From a virus (lineage: Duplodnaviria; Caudoviricetes): a stretch of DNA of 59,161 bases. The stretch is from positions 1 to 59,161 of IMG/VR virus record IMGVR_UViG_3300033067_001135; one strand, written 5' to 3'. The notes beneath the pieces were generated by a model that saw nothing but the letters and a program-made list of their open reading frames with translations, was not told the DNA's origin and did no database searches. Position 1 is the first letter of the stretch; each line of letters begins with the position of its first letter. Shown one piece after another: positions 7,503 to 16,980 of this stretch. A program made the position numbers and the translations under genes.

Positions 7503-9184
7503 CGCCGGCCGAACAGGAAGCAGCCTACGCCAAGGCCATCGCCGACAAGCTCCGGGACCGGGCCTGGCGGCTGAATAATCTCTACTGGATCGAGGACGAG
7601 CACGGGGTGAAGCGGAAGTTCAAGATGAACTGGGCGCAGCGCGCGTTCTTCAGCGCGATGTGGTGGCTGAACTGCGTGCTCAAGGCGCGCCAGTTGGGCC
7701 TGTCAACCCTGTCGCTGATCCTGATGCTCGATCGCTGTCTGTTCAACAAGGGCCAGACCTGCGGCATCATCGACAAGACGGACGACGACGCGAAGAAGAA
7801 GCTCGACCGCATCGAATACGCTTACGATCACCTGGACGATCCGGACGATCCGGCGACGGCGATGGTCGGCGCGGCCGTGAAGCAGGCGGTCCGGCTGCTG
7901 AAGAACAACGAGAAGGAACTGGCGTTCTCGAACGAGTCGAAAGTGTGGTGTGGCACGTCGTTGCGCGGTGGCACGATCCAGTTCCTGCTGATTTCGGAAC
8001 TCGGTTACACGGCGTTCTACAACCCGAAGCGGGCGCAGGAAATCAAGACCGGCGCGCTGAACACGGTTCACAAGGGCAACATCGTGATCAGTGAGGCGAC
8101 GCACGAGGGCGGGAAATACGGGGTGAACTACGATCTGATCAAGATCGCGCAGGAATCGCCGGCCGAACCGCCAGAGCTGACGGAAATGGATTGGCGCTTT
8201 CACTTCTTCGCCTGGTGGCAGAATCCGGAATACGTCCTGCCGGTCGTGGGCAAGCTGCAGCTGCCGCCGGAGTTGGTCACTTACTTCGCCGATCTGGCGA
8301 AGGGCGATGGCGTGAAGCCGGGCATCAAACTGACGCCGGAGCAAAAGCACTGGTATTGGAAGAAGAGCGCAGTCCAGGGCGATGCCATGTGGAAGGAATT
8401 CCCGTCGACGCCGGAAGAGGCGGTCAACGCGGTCGTGAAGGGCGCGATCTACGGGAAGCTGATGTCGAAGCTGCGCGCGGCGAAGCACATTCACGACTTC
8501 GCGCACGACGGGTCGTGTCCGATCTTCGCCTTTTGGGACATCGGGTATTCTGACTTCACGTCGATCTGGCTGCTGCAACTCGTAGGACGCGACATCTGTG
8601 CGCTGCGCTACTACTGCAACTCGAACGAGAACGCGGCGTTCTACATGCGGCGGGTGGTCGAGTGGGAAAAGCTCTACGATCAGCCGATTGCCTGGCACTT
8701 CCTGCCGCACGACGCCGACAAGAAGGAGGGCATGGGCAGCGGGAAGAGCACGAAGGAGTTCCTGATCGAGGCCGGCATGGACAAGCGTCGGATCACCGTC
8801 GTCCCGGTCACGCCGGACCGCTGGATCGGCATCAACGCGCTGCGGGCGCTGCTGCCGCGGTTCTACTTTCACAAGACGGAATGCGGCCAAGAATGGATGC
8901 TGGACAAGCAGCGGATGCCGTCGGGCATCGCCTGCCTGGAGAACTATCACACGAAGGAGATGGACGCGGGCGGTGTGATCCGTGACGAGCCGGTCCACGA
9001 CGCGGCGTCGCACGGCTGCGACTCGCTGCGCGTCTTCGCCGAAGCGCACACGCAGGGCCTGCTCGAAGGCATCAGCCTGACGGCGCGCGAGACGAAGAAC
9101 CGGCCGGTCAATGTGATCCGGACCGGAGCGATCGCGCCGGCAGGCGAGGCTGGCCGCAAGAAGCAGATCAACGTCCGCCGCTGA
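7499..9184 (+). CDS. terL: Terminase large subunit
   Basis: LKARQLGLST (Walker A), LLISELG (Walker B), FFAWW, KEFPSTPEEA, nuclease WDIGYSD...LPHDA...HDAASHGCDSLR. Confidence 0.93.
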   Translation: MTPAEQEAAYAKAIADKLRDRAWRLNNLYWIEDEHGVKRKFKMNWAQRAFFSAMWWLNCVLKARQLGLSTLSLILMLDRCLFNKGQTCGIIDKTDDDAKKKLDRIEYAYDHLDDPDDPATAMVGAAVKQAVRLLKNNEKELAFSNESKVWCGTSLRGGTIQFLLISELGYTAFYNPKRAQEIKTGALNTVHKGNIVISEATHEGGKYGVNYDLIKIAQESPAEPPELTEMDWRFHFFAWWQNPEYVLPVVGKLQLPPELVTYFADLAKGDGVKPGIKLTPEQKHWYWKKSAVQGDAMWKEFPSTPEEAVNAVVKGAIYGKLMSKLRAAKHIHDFAHDGSCPIFAFWDIGYSDFTSIWLLQLVGRDICALRYYCNSNENAAFYMRRVVEWEKLYDQPIAWHFLPHDADKKEGMGSGKSTKEFLIEAGMDKRRITVVPVTPDRWIGINALRALLPRFYFHKTECGQEWMLDKQRMPSGIACLENYHTKEMDAGGVIRDEPVHDAASHGCDSLRVFAEAHTQGLLEGISLTARETKNRPVNVIRTGAIAPAGEAGRKKQINVRR

Positions 9185-9187
9185 CTT

Positions 9188-9442
9188 ATGACATCCGACG
9201 AAGCTCGTAAACTCCTGGACGACACGGCCGCGGCGATCTCCGAACATTTCGAGTCGGTCGTGATCATTGCGACGCGCAGCAATCCCGAAGCCGAACGCTA
9301 CACGGAACTGCTGACCGGCGGCCGTGGGAACTGGTATGCGCAGCGCGCGTCGATGCGCGAAGTCCTGGTCAACGACGACGCGTTCGTCCTGGCCGACCAG
9401 ATCCGAAAGGCGCAGAACGGCGAGGGCCCGGGCGGACCATGA
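9188..9442 (+). CDS. Hypothetical protein
   Basis: ORF 3 nt after the TerL stop. Confidence 0.6.
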   Translation: MTSDEARKLLDDTAAAISEHFESVVIIATRSNPEAERYTELLTGGRGNWYAQRASMREVLVNDDAFVLADQIRKAQNGEGPGGP

Positions 9443-9804
9443 GTCCCTACGAGACAGTGATGCTCGACTGGCTGCAACGGCCGCGGGACCGGCCGCTCGA
9501 CCATTACGAGCGGATCCACAAGCAGCGCGGGTTCGTCTTCGCGACGCCGGAGTTCTACATCATGGGCCGGCCGGTGCGGAAATACGCGCCGATCGAGGAC
9601 ATCCTGAACGTCGAATGCGACTTCGCGCCGTCGACCTGCGACACCTGGTTCATCTTTCAACTGGCCGGCGACATGCGCGCGGCCTGGAAGATCATGCCTT
9701 GGGAACTGCCGTGGATGTGCTGGACCAGGGACAACGATCCGCAGCAGGAACTGATGTTTTTCGAGACGAGGCGGCTGATGCGGCTGACTGGCGTAAATCA
9801 GTAA
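9439..9804 (+). CDS. Hypothetical protein
   Basis: ATGA-coupled ORF, Trp-rich. Confidence 0.65.
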   Translation: MSPYETVMLDWLQRPRDRPLDHYERIHKQRGFVFATPEFYIMGRPVRKYAPIEDILNVECDFAPSTCDTWFIFQLAGDMRAAWKIMPWELPWMCWTRDNDPQQELMFFETRRLMRLTGVNQ

Positions 9805-9808
9805 CGAA

Positions 9809-9837
9809 TTGACAAGCCGGGAGCGCGCCAGCAGTTG
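9809..9837 (+). promoter_or_regulatory. sigma70-like promoter of the portal operon
   Basis: TTGACA-N17-CAGTTG immediately after a stop codon. Confidence 0.55.
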
Positions 9838-9848
9838 TTCGGCGTGGT

Positions 9849-9929
9849 CATGGACACCCCGCCCTAGCGGATCCTGCTGGCCCGTTTCCCGTCCGCGCAC
9901 GATCCCCGGTGGGACACCCGCAGCAGGAC
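9849..9929 (+). ncRNA. Structured 5' leader, copy 1 of 3 (GGACACC two-hairpin motif)
   Basis: GGA-CACC-CCGC-ccta-GCGG-A-TCC, then GTCC-GCG-cacga-TCCC-cggt-GGGA-cacc-CGC-agca-GGAC. Same architecture at 17469 and 36212. Confidence 0.7.
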
Positions 9930-9955
9930 ACAAACCGCAGTCGCCGAAGAGTGTC

Positions 9956-10207
9956 ATGGGCAAATCTCCGTCACAGACCGTTATTCAGCAGGCAGCGCCT
10001 GTTCCCGATCCGGCTCCCCCAGTGCAGCCGACGGCATCCGAGGTCGTGCAGGCCGGCATGGACCTTCGCCAGCAGGAAATGCTGAAGAAGGGCATCAAGA
10101 GCACGATCAAGGCGGGCGACACGGGCGGCTTCAAGCCGGCCGGCGGTGGCAAGATGGCAGGCGGCGTCGGCGGCAATCCCTACACCCCGCCGCAGGGCAA
10201 GGTCTGA
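9956..10207 (+). CDS. Small virion-associated protein upstream of the portal
   Basis: MGKSPSQTVIQQAAPVPDPAPP...KKGIKSTI, typical of the small gene preceding podoviral portals. Confidence 0.65.
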   Translation: MGKSPSQTVIQQAAPVPDPAPPVQPTASEVVQAGMDLRQQEMLKKGIKSTIKAGDTGGFKPAGGGKMAGGVGGNPYTPPQGKV

Positions 10208-10383
10208 TGTCGAAGCAGGTCAGATTCCGCGGTGAAACGCTTCAGGCGGTGAAGACCGATCCGTCGCTCCGGCGCTCGGCGGTCCTGCACAAGCATCGCA
10301 GCGGCAACGAGCCCCACGTCGGGGCGAAACAACTGGCGAAGATGCGCGAGCGCGGTCTTCTGCCGAAGGAAGCCAATGGCTGA
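10207..10383 (+). CDS. 58-aa basic hypothetical protein
   Basis: MSKQVRFRGETLQAVK...LLPKEANG*, coupled to both neighbours. Not in the supplied ORF track. Confidence 0.5.
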   Translation: MSKQVRFRGETLQAVKTDPSLRRSAVLHKHRSGNEPHVGAKQLAKMRERGLLPKEANG

Positions 10384-12103
10384 CGCTCTGGCAAAAGAAC
10401 TGATCGACCGCTACCAGGATCTGAAGTCGTCACGCGACTCGCAGTTCCTGCCGACGTGGCAGGATTTGGCGAACTACTTCCTGCCGTCGCAGTCGGCGAT
10501 CAACACGCAGAAGCTGCCTGGCACGGTCAGCGGCTGGACGGATCGCGTGTATGAGACGACGCCGATCCATTGCGGCCAGGTCTTGTCCGCCGGGCAACGC
10601 AACTGGCTGACACCCTCGAACGAAAAATGGTTCGACTACGAGGTTCCCGAATTCCTGTCGGCCGAAGGTCGCGAAGACGACAAGGACGAGGCGTCGCAGT
10701 GGCTGGCGAATGCGACGGAAGTGGCGACGCGCGAACTGGCGCGCTCGAACTTCTACGGGATGATGAACATCGACTACGAGCAGGTCGGCATCTTCGGGAC
10801 CGGCATGGTCATGGCCGAAGAGGGCAAGAAGACGGCGCTCAATTTCCGGCAGTTCAAGCCCTGGTTCCTCGCGATCGAGGAAGACGACGAGGGCGTCGTC
10901 GACACGGTGTTTCGCGAATTCGAACTGACGACGCGCCAGGCCGTGCAGCAGTTCGGCGTCGACGCGCTCGGCGAGCAGATTCGCAAGGCGTGGGCGAACC
11001 CGGCGCAGTTGGCGAAGCGGTGGAAGTTCCTGCACTTCTGCGGGCCGCGCGACGACTCGAAGCGGATCAAGGGACGGATGGACGGTCCGAACAAGCCGGT
11101 CGCGTCGGTGTATATCTCGCTCGACGACACGGTTTGCGTGCAGGTTAGTGGCTACGAGGAAATGCCCTACCTGTGCAGCCGGTTCAAGTCCTGGGGCGCG
11201 CCGACGTGCTGGGGCTACGGGCCGGCCTACCTGACGCTGCCGGCGGCGCGGCAGATCAACTATGTCGAGCAATACACGGACGCGCTGTCCGAGTTGAAGG
11301 CCGTTCCGCGGTTCATTACCCCGGATTCCATCGACGGCGATGTCGACCTGCGACCAGGCGGCGCAACGGTCGTGGCGGCTGACGACATGGTGCGCGGTGC
11401 GGTCCCGAAGGAGTGGATGACGATGGCCGATGAGAAGGCCGCGGTCGACAAGATCGAGGGCAAGAAGCAGCAACTCTACGATGCGTTCTATGTGAACATG
11501 TTCACGATGCTCGAACAGTTGGCCGACAAGAAGATGACGGCCTACGAGATCGCGCAGCGGCTGGCCGAAAAGCTCGAACAGTTCACCCCGATTTTCGACC
11601 GTCGCGTGACGGAGTTCCTGAATCCGCTGCTGCTCCGCATCTTTGGCATCCTGTTTCGCCAGGGCAAGTTTGGGCCCGCTCCGCGCTCGCTGATGGTCCC
11701 GGTCGACGGCGGCAAGGGCCTGGCGCTGGCGATGCCGGTCGTGGCGATCACGAGCCGGATCAGCATGGCGCTGAAGGCGCTTCAGAACCAGGCCATCGTC
11801 AACACGCTGTCGGTCTTGCAGCCGATGGCGCAGCAGCAGCCGGACGTGCTCGACAATTTCGACTTGGACAAGCTGGTCCGCAAGATGTCGCGCAACTACG
11901 GCGTGACGCCGGACCTGATCCGGTCGATGCCGGACGTGAAGAAGATTCGCGAGGCTCGCCAGCAGCAGGCCGCGGCGCAGCAGGCCGCGCAGTTGGCGCA
12001 GTCGATGTCGGTCAGCGCCGACAAGCTCGGGAAGGCCCCGAAGCCGATTCAGGACGCCGTGGTCAGTCAGTTCGTGGGGCATCCGGCCGTCGCGACGGGC
12101 TGA
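10376..12103 (+). CDS. Portal (head-to-tail connector) protein
   Basis: 575 aa. WQDLANYFLP, GIFGTG, SGYEEMPYLCSRF, WGYGPA, MTAYEIAQRLAEKL: motifs of T7/BPP-1-type connectors. Confidence 0.92.
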   Translation: MADALAKELIDRYQDLKSSRDSQFLPTWQDLANYFLPSQSAINTQKLPGTVSGWTDRVYETTPIHCGQVLSAGQRNWLTPSNEKWFDYEVPEFLSAEGREDDKDEASQWLANATEVATRELARSNFYGMMNIDYEQVGIFGTGMVMAEEGKKTALNFRQFKPWFLAIEEDDEGVVDTVFREFELTTRQAVQQFGVDALGEQIRKAWANPAQLAKRWKFLHFCGPRDDSKRIKGRMDGPNKPVASVYISLDDTVCVQVSGYEEMPYLCSRFKSWGAPTCWGYGPAYLTLPAARQINYVEQYTDALSELKAVPRFITPDSIDGDVDLRPGGATVVAADDMVRGAVPKEWMTMADEKAAVDKIEGKKQQLYDAFYVNMFTMLEQLADKKMTAYEIAQRLAEKLEQFTPIFDRRVTEFLNPLLLRIFGILFRQGKFGPAPRSLMVPVDGGKGLALAMPVVAITSRISMALKALQNQAIVNTLSVLQPMAQQQPDVLDNFDLDKLVRKMSRNYGVTPDLIRSMPDVKKIREARQQQAAAQQAAQLAQSMSVSADKLGKAPKPIQDAVVSQFVGHPAVATG

Positions 12104-12150
12104 TTCCGCTTGCTCCGGCGCTTCGCCAGTAGGTATTACCCTACTGACTT

Positions 12151-12627
12151 ATGGGTGACTCTGCCGGAAAGACCTATTTCACGATGGATCGTGACGAGCT
12201 GCAGGCTGCTGCCTTGGGCCTGGAAGCCAGGCTGCGCGACGCCAGCATCCGCCTGAACAACGCCGAAAGTGAGCGCGACGCCGCGATCCAGTGGCGTGCC
12301 AGGATCACGCGCGAGGCGGCGAACCAGCGGGATCTCGTGCCGGAGCATTACCTGGTCATGGCGTCGAACCTGCGGACGGCGCACGAGATCAACGGCGTGC
12401 TGACGGACCAGCGCGACGCGGCCGAAGGGCGGTTCGTCCGAATCCGGGCGGAAAACGACGACCTTCAGGACGCGCTGAAGCGTGCCGAAACCCTGGAGCG
12501 CGTGGCCAAGGTGAAGATCGTCAACCTGCGCGCCGATCTCGACGCGCTTAACCTGCGCAGCCTGATCCTCGGCATCCTGGCGGTCGCCGCGACGGTTTCG
12601 CTGATCCTGGTCCTCTGTCATGCCTGA
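12151..12627 (+). CDS. Coiled-coil protein with C-terminal TM helix
   Basis: Heptad-like helix, then LILGILAVAATVSLILVLC. Confidence 0.65.
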   Translation: MGDSAGKTYFTMDRDELQAAALGLEARLRDASIRLNNAESERDAAIQWRARITREAANQRDLVPEHYLVMASNLRTAHEINGVLTDQRDAAEGRFVRIRAENDDLQDALKRAETLERVAKVKIVNLRADLDALNLRSLILGILAVAATVSLILVLCHA

Positions 12628-12985
12628 AAAACCCAACCCTTTCGACGGCGCGCTGGTCAGTCTGCGCACTGGCTTTCCGAAGACCTTCCAATTCCAGGTC
12701 GAGGAACACGTATTCCGGGATCTGCCGTCGCTGGCCGAAGCGCACGCGATGTCGGCCAGCATGGAGCGCATGAAGGAGCAGGCCGCGGCGATGGGCTACA
12801 TCGTGAAGACGGCGTTCGACAAGGGCCTGCGTCGCTGGACCTACGATTTCAAGCTGCGGCCGGGCTTTGTGAAGCCGGGTCGTGATGCGGACGTGAAGCA
12901 CATCGAGCCGGCTGTCCGTCCGGATCCGGTCGCGTCACTCCCTGAACCCGCGGTCGAAGAGAAGAAGGAAGAAGCCAGTGAGTGA
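12620..12985 (+). CDS. Hypothetical protein
   Basis: Overlap-coupled ORF. Confidence 0.6.
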   Translation: MPEKPNPFDGALVSLRTGFPKTFQFQVEEHVFRDLPSLAEAHAMSASMERMKEQAAAMGYIVKTAFDKGLRRWTYDFKLRPGFVKPGRDADVKHIEPAVRPDPVASLPEPAVEEKKEEASE

Positions 12986-13307
12986 TTCATCTTCCTCGCC
13001 AGCGGCCGACGTGCCGAAGCCTTCGCAGGCGCGGGTGCTGGCGCTGTCATTCCAGGCGGTGTTCGGCCAGCCCGGTCGCAATGCGCGCGGACCGGACCAG
13101 CGACGGGTGCTGGCGCACCTGCGCACCGTCTGCGCGGTCGACACGAACATGTTTCAGTTCACCCCGGGCGTGCCGGCCGATCCGATTGCGGCGGCGCATC
13201 GCGATGGCGCGCGGGCGGTGTTCATGATCATCGAGCGCCAGCTGGCGGCGGCGCGGAAGGACGATGAAGTCGAGAAGCCGAAAATCAGGGTGAAGAAAAA
13301 GGCATGA
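12978..13307 (+). CDS. Bbp19-like head-module protein
   Basis: FQAVFG...RVLAHLRTVC...DPIAAAHRDGARAVFMIIERQL, the usual portal-adjacent small protein. Confidence 0.7.
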   Translation: MSDSSSSPAADVPKPSQARVLALSFQAVFGQPGRNARGPDQRRVLAHLRTVCAVDTNMFQFTPGVPADPIAAAHRDGARAVFMIIERQLAAARKDDEVEKPKIRVKKKA

Positions 13308-13774
13308 GCGAAACCACGACGCTTCCCGTTCCCGAAGAGATCAGCCTGGTCCCGTCGACCGCGGCGATCCTGCGCGAGAAAGCGGCCGACGTGCCGCTGG
13401 ACAAGATCGACGACTTGGTTGTCCCCTACATCTATCCGATGCGCGACATCATGCGCGGCGGACAGGGTATCGGCCTGGCAGCGCCACAGGTCGGCATCGG
13501 GCTGCGCTTCTTCCTCATGGTCGACCAGGCGCGCGGCAAGGTCCATGTCGCGATCAACCCGGTCATTCATCAGCGCCAGGGCCTGCGGATTTCGAAGGAA
13601 GAGGGCTGCCTATCCTTTCCCGGCCGGATCAACTTCGTGCCGCGGTGGCAGAAGATCCTGCTCGAATGGCGCATGACGAACGGCGACAAGCGCGTGATGT
13701 GGTTCACCGGGCGCGACGCGCGCGTGATCCAGCACGAGACCGATCACTTGGACGGCATCTGCATTTTCCAGTAA
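13304..13774 (+). CDS. def: Peptide deformylase (short, no C-terminal helix)
   Basis: All three PDF motifs: GIGLAAPQVG, EGCLSFP, QHETDHLDG. Confidence 0.95.
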   Translation: MSETTTLPVPEEISLVPSTAAILREKAADVPLDKIDDLVVPYIYPMRDIMRGGQGIGLAAPQVGIGLRFFLMVDQARGKVHVAINPVIHQRQGLRISKEEGCLSFPGRINFVPRWQKILLEWRMTNGDKRVMWFTGRDARVIQHETDHLDGICIFQ

Positions 13775-13798
13775 GCGAACCCAAACCCAAATCCGATC

Positions 13799-14566
13799 AT
13801 GGCAACCAACGAAGACGACAAGAAGCCGCAGTTTGAACTGCGTGAAGACGGCGAAATCCACCTGAACAAGAAGGGCAAGTCGACGCTCCTCGCGAAATAC
13901 GACGAGGATACCGGCATCCTGACGTTCGAAACCTTCGCCATCGATCAGAAGTATCGCACGCAAATCTGCCGCGCCGTGATGGAGGATTGGGAGACCGGCG
14001 AGTTGAAGGGCAACGCGATCAAGGCGTATGCCATCCACGGCCGCCCCGTCGACCAGCGGCAGAAGGGCGAGCCGCTTCCCCCGAAGAAGGACAAGATGCT
14101 CGGCGACAAGACGCCGGAGTTCGTGAAGTGGCTCTATCGCTGGCGTCGCCAGGCGTTCTATGCGCGCTATGGCGTGCATCTGGACAGCAACGGCGAGCCG
14201 CAGACGGCCAGTTACGTCCGCATCGAGCAGGGCCTGCTGAAGCCCCAGGGCGCGAAACCCCTGGAGATCGGGGACCGGGCCGTCGAGGCGCTGGGCCAGA
14301 CGGTCGTCGAGAAGGACGACTGGATCATCGCCGAACGCGCGACGTGTCTGACCGTGACCAGGAAGGAACTGGCCGGCAGCGAGCACGGCGAGGAAGACGA
14401 GGACAATGACGAGCCGACGGCGGGCGTTTCCCGGGCCCGGGCGGCGCAAGACGAAGACGATCCGGAGCCGACGCCGGAAGCGCCGGCTGCCAAGCCGAAG
14501 GCCAAGGCCAAGGCCAAGCCCCGCAAAGCGAAGCTGGTCGAGAGCACGGAGTCCGACGACTCGTGA
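13799..14566 (+). CDS. Hypothetical protein with acidic/basic tail
   Basis: 255-aa ORF with phage-typical codon usage. Confidence 0.7.
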   Translation: MATNEDDKKPQFELREDGEIHLNKKGKSTLLAKYDEDTGILTFETFAIDQKYRTQICRAVMEDWETGELKGNAIKAYAIHGRPVDQRQKGEPLPPKKDKMLGDKTPEFVKWLYRWRRQAFYARYGVHLDSNGEPQTASYVRIEQGLLKPQGAKPLEIGDRAVEALGQTVVEKDDWIIAERATCLTVTRKELAGSEHGEEDEDNDEPTAGVSRARAAQDEDDPEPTPEAPAAKPKAKAKAKPRKAKLVESTESDDS

Positions 14567-14709
14567 CTGTTGTCGAGTCATTCCTGCTTTGCCTCGGCCT
14601 GACGGTCGGGCTGGTCATTGGTCTGATGGCTGGTGACACGCTCGGCTGGCGGTTGGGGCGGCGGGAAGGGCGCCGCGATTTCAAACGCAACCTTCATCAA
14701 CGCAATTAA
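14563..14709 (+). CDS. Small membrane protein
   Basis: GTG start overlapping the upstream stop. MTVVESFLLCLGLTVGLVIGLMAG...RN*. Confidence 0.45.
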   Translation: MTVVESFLLCLGLTVGLVIGLMAGDTLGWRLGRREGRRDFKRNLHQRN

Positions 14710-14712
14710 CCC

Positions 14713-15756
14713 ATGAAAAATCTCTTCTTTCCCCTCTTCTCTCCCGATGCCGGCGCAGCCGGTGGCGGCGGTGGCGCTCCCGCAGGCGCTGGTGCGGTCG
14801 CGGCCGGTGCTCCCCCCGCGGGCGCAGCTGGCGGCGCTCCGGCTGGCGGTGCCGGCGGTGCTCCCGCGGGCGGCGCGCCTGGTGGCGGGGCTGCCCCTGC
14901 CCCGTATTACGCGGACCTGATCGGCAAGGACGGCGCGCTGAATCACTCGGCGTTCGAACGGCTGCCGGACAACCTGAAGCCGCTCGCCCCCAGCCTGGCG
15001 AATGTCAAGACGGTCGACGACCTGTTCGCGAAGTTGTCGAACCTCAACACGGCCGTCGGCAAGAAGGCGCTGGCTCCCCTGCCGGCGAACGCGACGCAGG
15101 AAGATCGCGACGCGCAGGCGGCAATCCTCCGGGCGGTCAACGGCGTGCCGGAGAAGCCGGAAGGTTACGCTTTCAAGCGGCCGGACGCACTACCTGAAGC
15201 CGCGTGGGACGATAAGTATGCCGGCGAGATCCAGGGCATCCTGCACAAGCACAACGCGTCGCCTGCCTTGGCGGCTGAACTGCTGGCCGCGCAGACGAAG
15301 CAGGTCGGTGGCAACATCCAGGCGCAGCTGCAATACGAGAAGGATTTCTACGCGCAGCAGGATCAGGAGTTCCGCGCGTCCTTGCAGAAGGACGGCCTGG
15401 ACTACGACAAGACGATGAACCTGATCACGCGGGCCGCGGCGCAGTTCGGGATGCCGGCCGACGCTCCGATGCTGAAGAACGCGGGCGTTCGGTCGATGAT
15501 GCTGAAGGTCGCGCAGGCCATCGGCGAAGCCAAGTTCATCGGCGGCGAGGGCGGCGCTCAGGGCACGAAGAGCGATCGCGCGACGGCCGAAGCCATCATG
15601 CACGACAAGTCGAACCCCGACTATCTCGCCTATTGGGCGAACGTGAACGGCAACCCGGATCACCCGAAGGCGGGCGAAGTCCGCAAGCGGGTCAACGACC
15701 TGCTGTCGGCCGCGGCTATCGCGGAGAAGCAGGCGCAGGCTGGTGGCAAACGCTGA
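14713..15756 (+). CDS. Capsid scaffolding/assembly protein
   Basis: Gly/Ala/Pro-rich N-terminus, GVPEKPEGYAF, helical core, C-terminal YW...DHPKA...V. Lies between portal and capsid. Confidence 0.8.
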   Translation: MKNLFFPLFSPDAGAAGGGGGAPAGAGAVAAGAPPAGAAGGAPAGGAGGAPAGGAPGGGAAPAPYYADLIGKDGALNHSAFERLPDNLKPLAPSLANVKTVDDLFAKLSNLNTAVGKKALAPLPANATQEDRDAQAAILRAVNGVPEKPEGYAFKRPDALPEAAWDDKYAGEIQGILHKHNASPALAAELLAAQTKQVGGNIQAQLQYEKDFYAQQDQEFRASLQKDGLDYDKTMNLITRAAAQFGMPADAPMLKNAGVRSMMLKVAQAIGEAKFIGGEGGAQGTKSDRATAEAIMHDKSNPDYLAYWANVNGNPDHPKAGEVRKRVNDLLSAAAIAEKQAQAGGKR

Positions 15757-16463
15757 TGTCGATCCTGTCCAAACTCGCACGACGGCCGTCGAAGAACGCG
15801 GTGGCCGTCCCTTCCTCGAAGATCGAGGACGTGATCGCAACGGCCGAAGAGCGCGCCGGGCTCAAGCCTGGCGTTACTCCGGAGCTCGAGCGATTGCTGG
15901 ACGACAGCCTGCTCGTCGCCAAGGGGAAGACGATCCAGACGCTCGGCGACAAGATCGCGGTCGAACTGCTCCCTGGTCTTGGCAAGATCGGGTCGCTGTT
16001 TATCACGGACACGATGAAGGACACGCGCAACCAGACGTTCACGCGCGCCAAGGTCGTGTCGGCCGGTCCGAAGGTCGAGTCGGCGAAGGCCGGCAAGATC
16101 GTCGTCGTCAGCGATTACTTCGGCCAGGAAGTGAAACTGGACGACGGGTCGCTGAAGGGCCGGCGGCTGAAGATCGGTCGCGAACGCGACATCGTGGGCA
16201 TCGAGACGAAGGGCGGCATCGTGCCGGTCGGAAACCGGCTGCTGCTCGAACGGCTCGAAGCGCCGAAGATGGCGGGCGCGCTCTATCTGCCTGAAGACAT
16301 GATGGCCGTCCATTTCGACGCGCTCGTCGTGGCCGTCGGGCCGGAGGCGACGGTGAAGGTCGGCGACAAGGTGTGCGTCGCCAAGGACACGAGCGTCCTG
16401 GTCCGGATCGAGATGAAGAACTACCTACTGATCGACGAACCCGCCCTACTCGCAGTCCTATGA
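15756..16463 (+). CDS. Tandem double-GroES (Cpn20-like) co-chaperonin
   Basis: Domain 1: IQTLGDKIAVE...GSLFIT...AKVVSAGP...YFGQEVKLDDG...RERDIVG. Domain 2: IVPVGNRLLLE...GALYLP...VVAVGP...VKVGDKV...YLLIDEPALLAVL. Confidence 0.85.
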   Translation: MSILSKLARRPSKNAVAVPSSKIEDVIATAEERAGLKPGVTPELERLLDDSLLVAKGKTIQTLGDKIAVELLPGLGKIGSLFITDTMKDTRNQTFTRAKVVSAGPKVESAKAGKIVVVSDYFGQEVKLDDGSLKGRRLKIGRERDIVGIETKGGIVPVGNRLLLERLEAPKMAGALYLPEDMMAVHFDALVVAVGPEATVKVGDKVCVAKDTSVLVRIEMKNYLLIDEPALLAVL

Positions 16464-16735
16464 GCAACGAAGAAGCCAAAGCCGTTCGCGAGGCGCTTGC
16501 GCCTGGATTCGACCCGATCCAGTTCGAGATCGTCGAAGGGATGGAGAAATATGTCGAAGGGAAGCTGATGTCCGACCAGCACAAACGCGAGTGCATGGCG
16601 GCGTATCTCTCCGGGATGCAGCACGCGATGAACATGCTGAAGGCGAAGCGCAAGGGGTTCATCCTGCTGCCGGCGGTCCTGCATCAGAAGATCATGACGT
16701 TCGCGAAGTTGTTGGGCCTGCAATTCGAGAAATGA
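16460..16735 (+). CDS. Hypothetical protein
   Basis: ATGA-coupled ORF (MSNEEAK...). Confidence 0.6.
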   Translation: MSNEEAKAVREALAPGFDPIQFEIVEGMEKYVEGKLMSDQHKRECMAAYLSGMQHAMNMLKAKRKGFILLPAVLHQKIMTFAKLLGLQFEK

Positions 16736-16902
16736 CTGCGCTCCGGATTTATGAGCTTTGGCGCGGGATCCGTCTGGAATCGGGCGAGCGGTTGCCGACC
16801 TGGTGGGAGATGAAAGCCGAAGCGCGCGCGTGGTGGCGACGGTATGCCAGGCGGGAAGCGCCGAAGGTCCGGGCCGGGTCGCGGCCGGTCGCGGAAGTCT
16901 GA
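16732..16902 (+). CDS. Small hypothetical protein
   Basis: ATGA-coupled ORF (MTALRIYELWRG...). Confidence 0.5.
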   Translation: MTALRIYELWRGIRLESGERLPTWWEMKAEARAWWRRYARREAPKVRAGSRPVAEV

Positions 16903-16980
16903 TTCGGCTTGCGTCACGCAAATCGGCCCCCATTGGTCGAGTTACGCAACTAACGCGCAACCTCAACCAAAGTTATTCCC

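Noticed and set aside
14749-14900. GGCGGC/GCTCCC-rich repeats
   Set aside because: They encode the Gly/Ala/Pro low-complexity N-terminus of the scaffold; there is no repeat-spacer structure, so not CRISPR or iterons.
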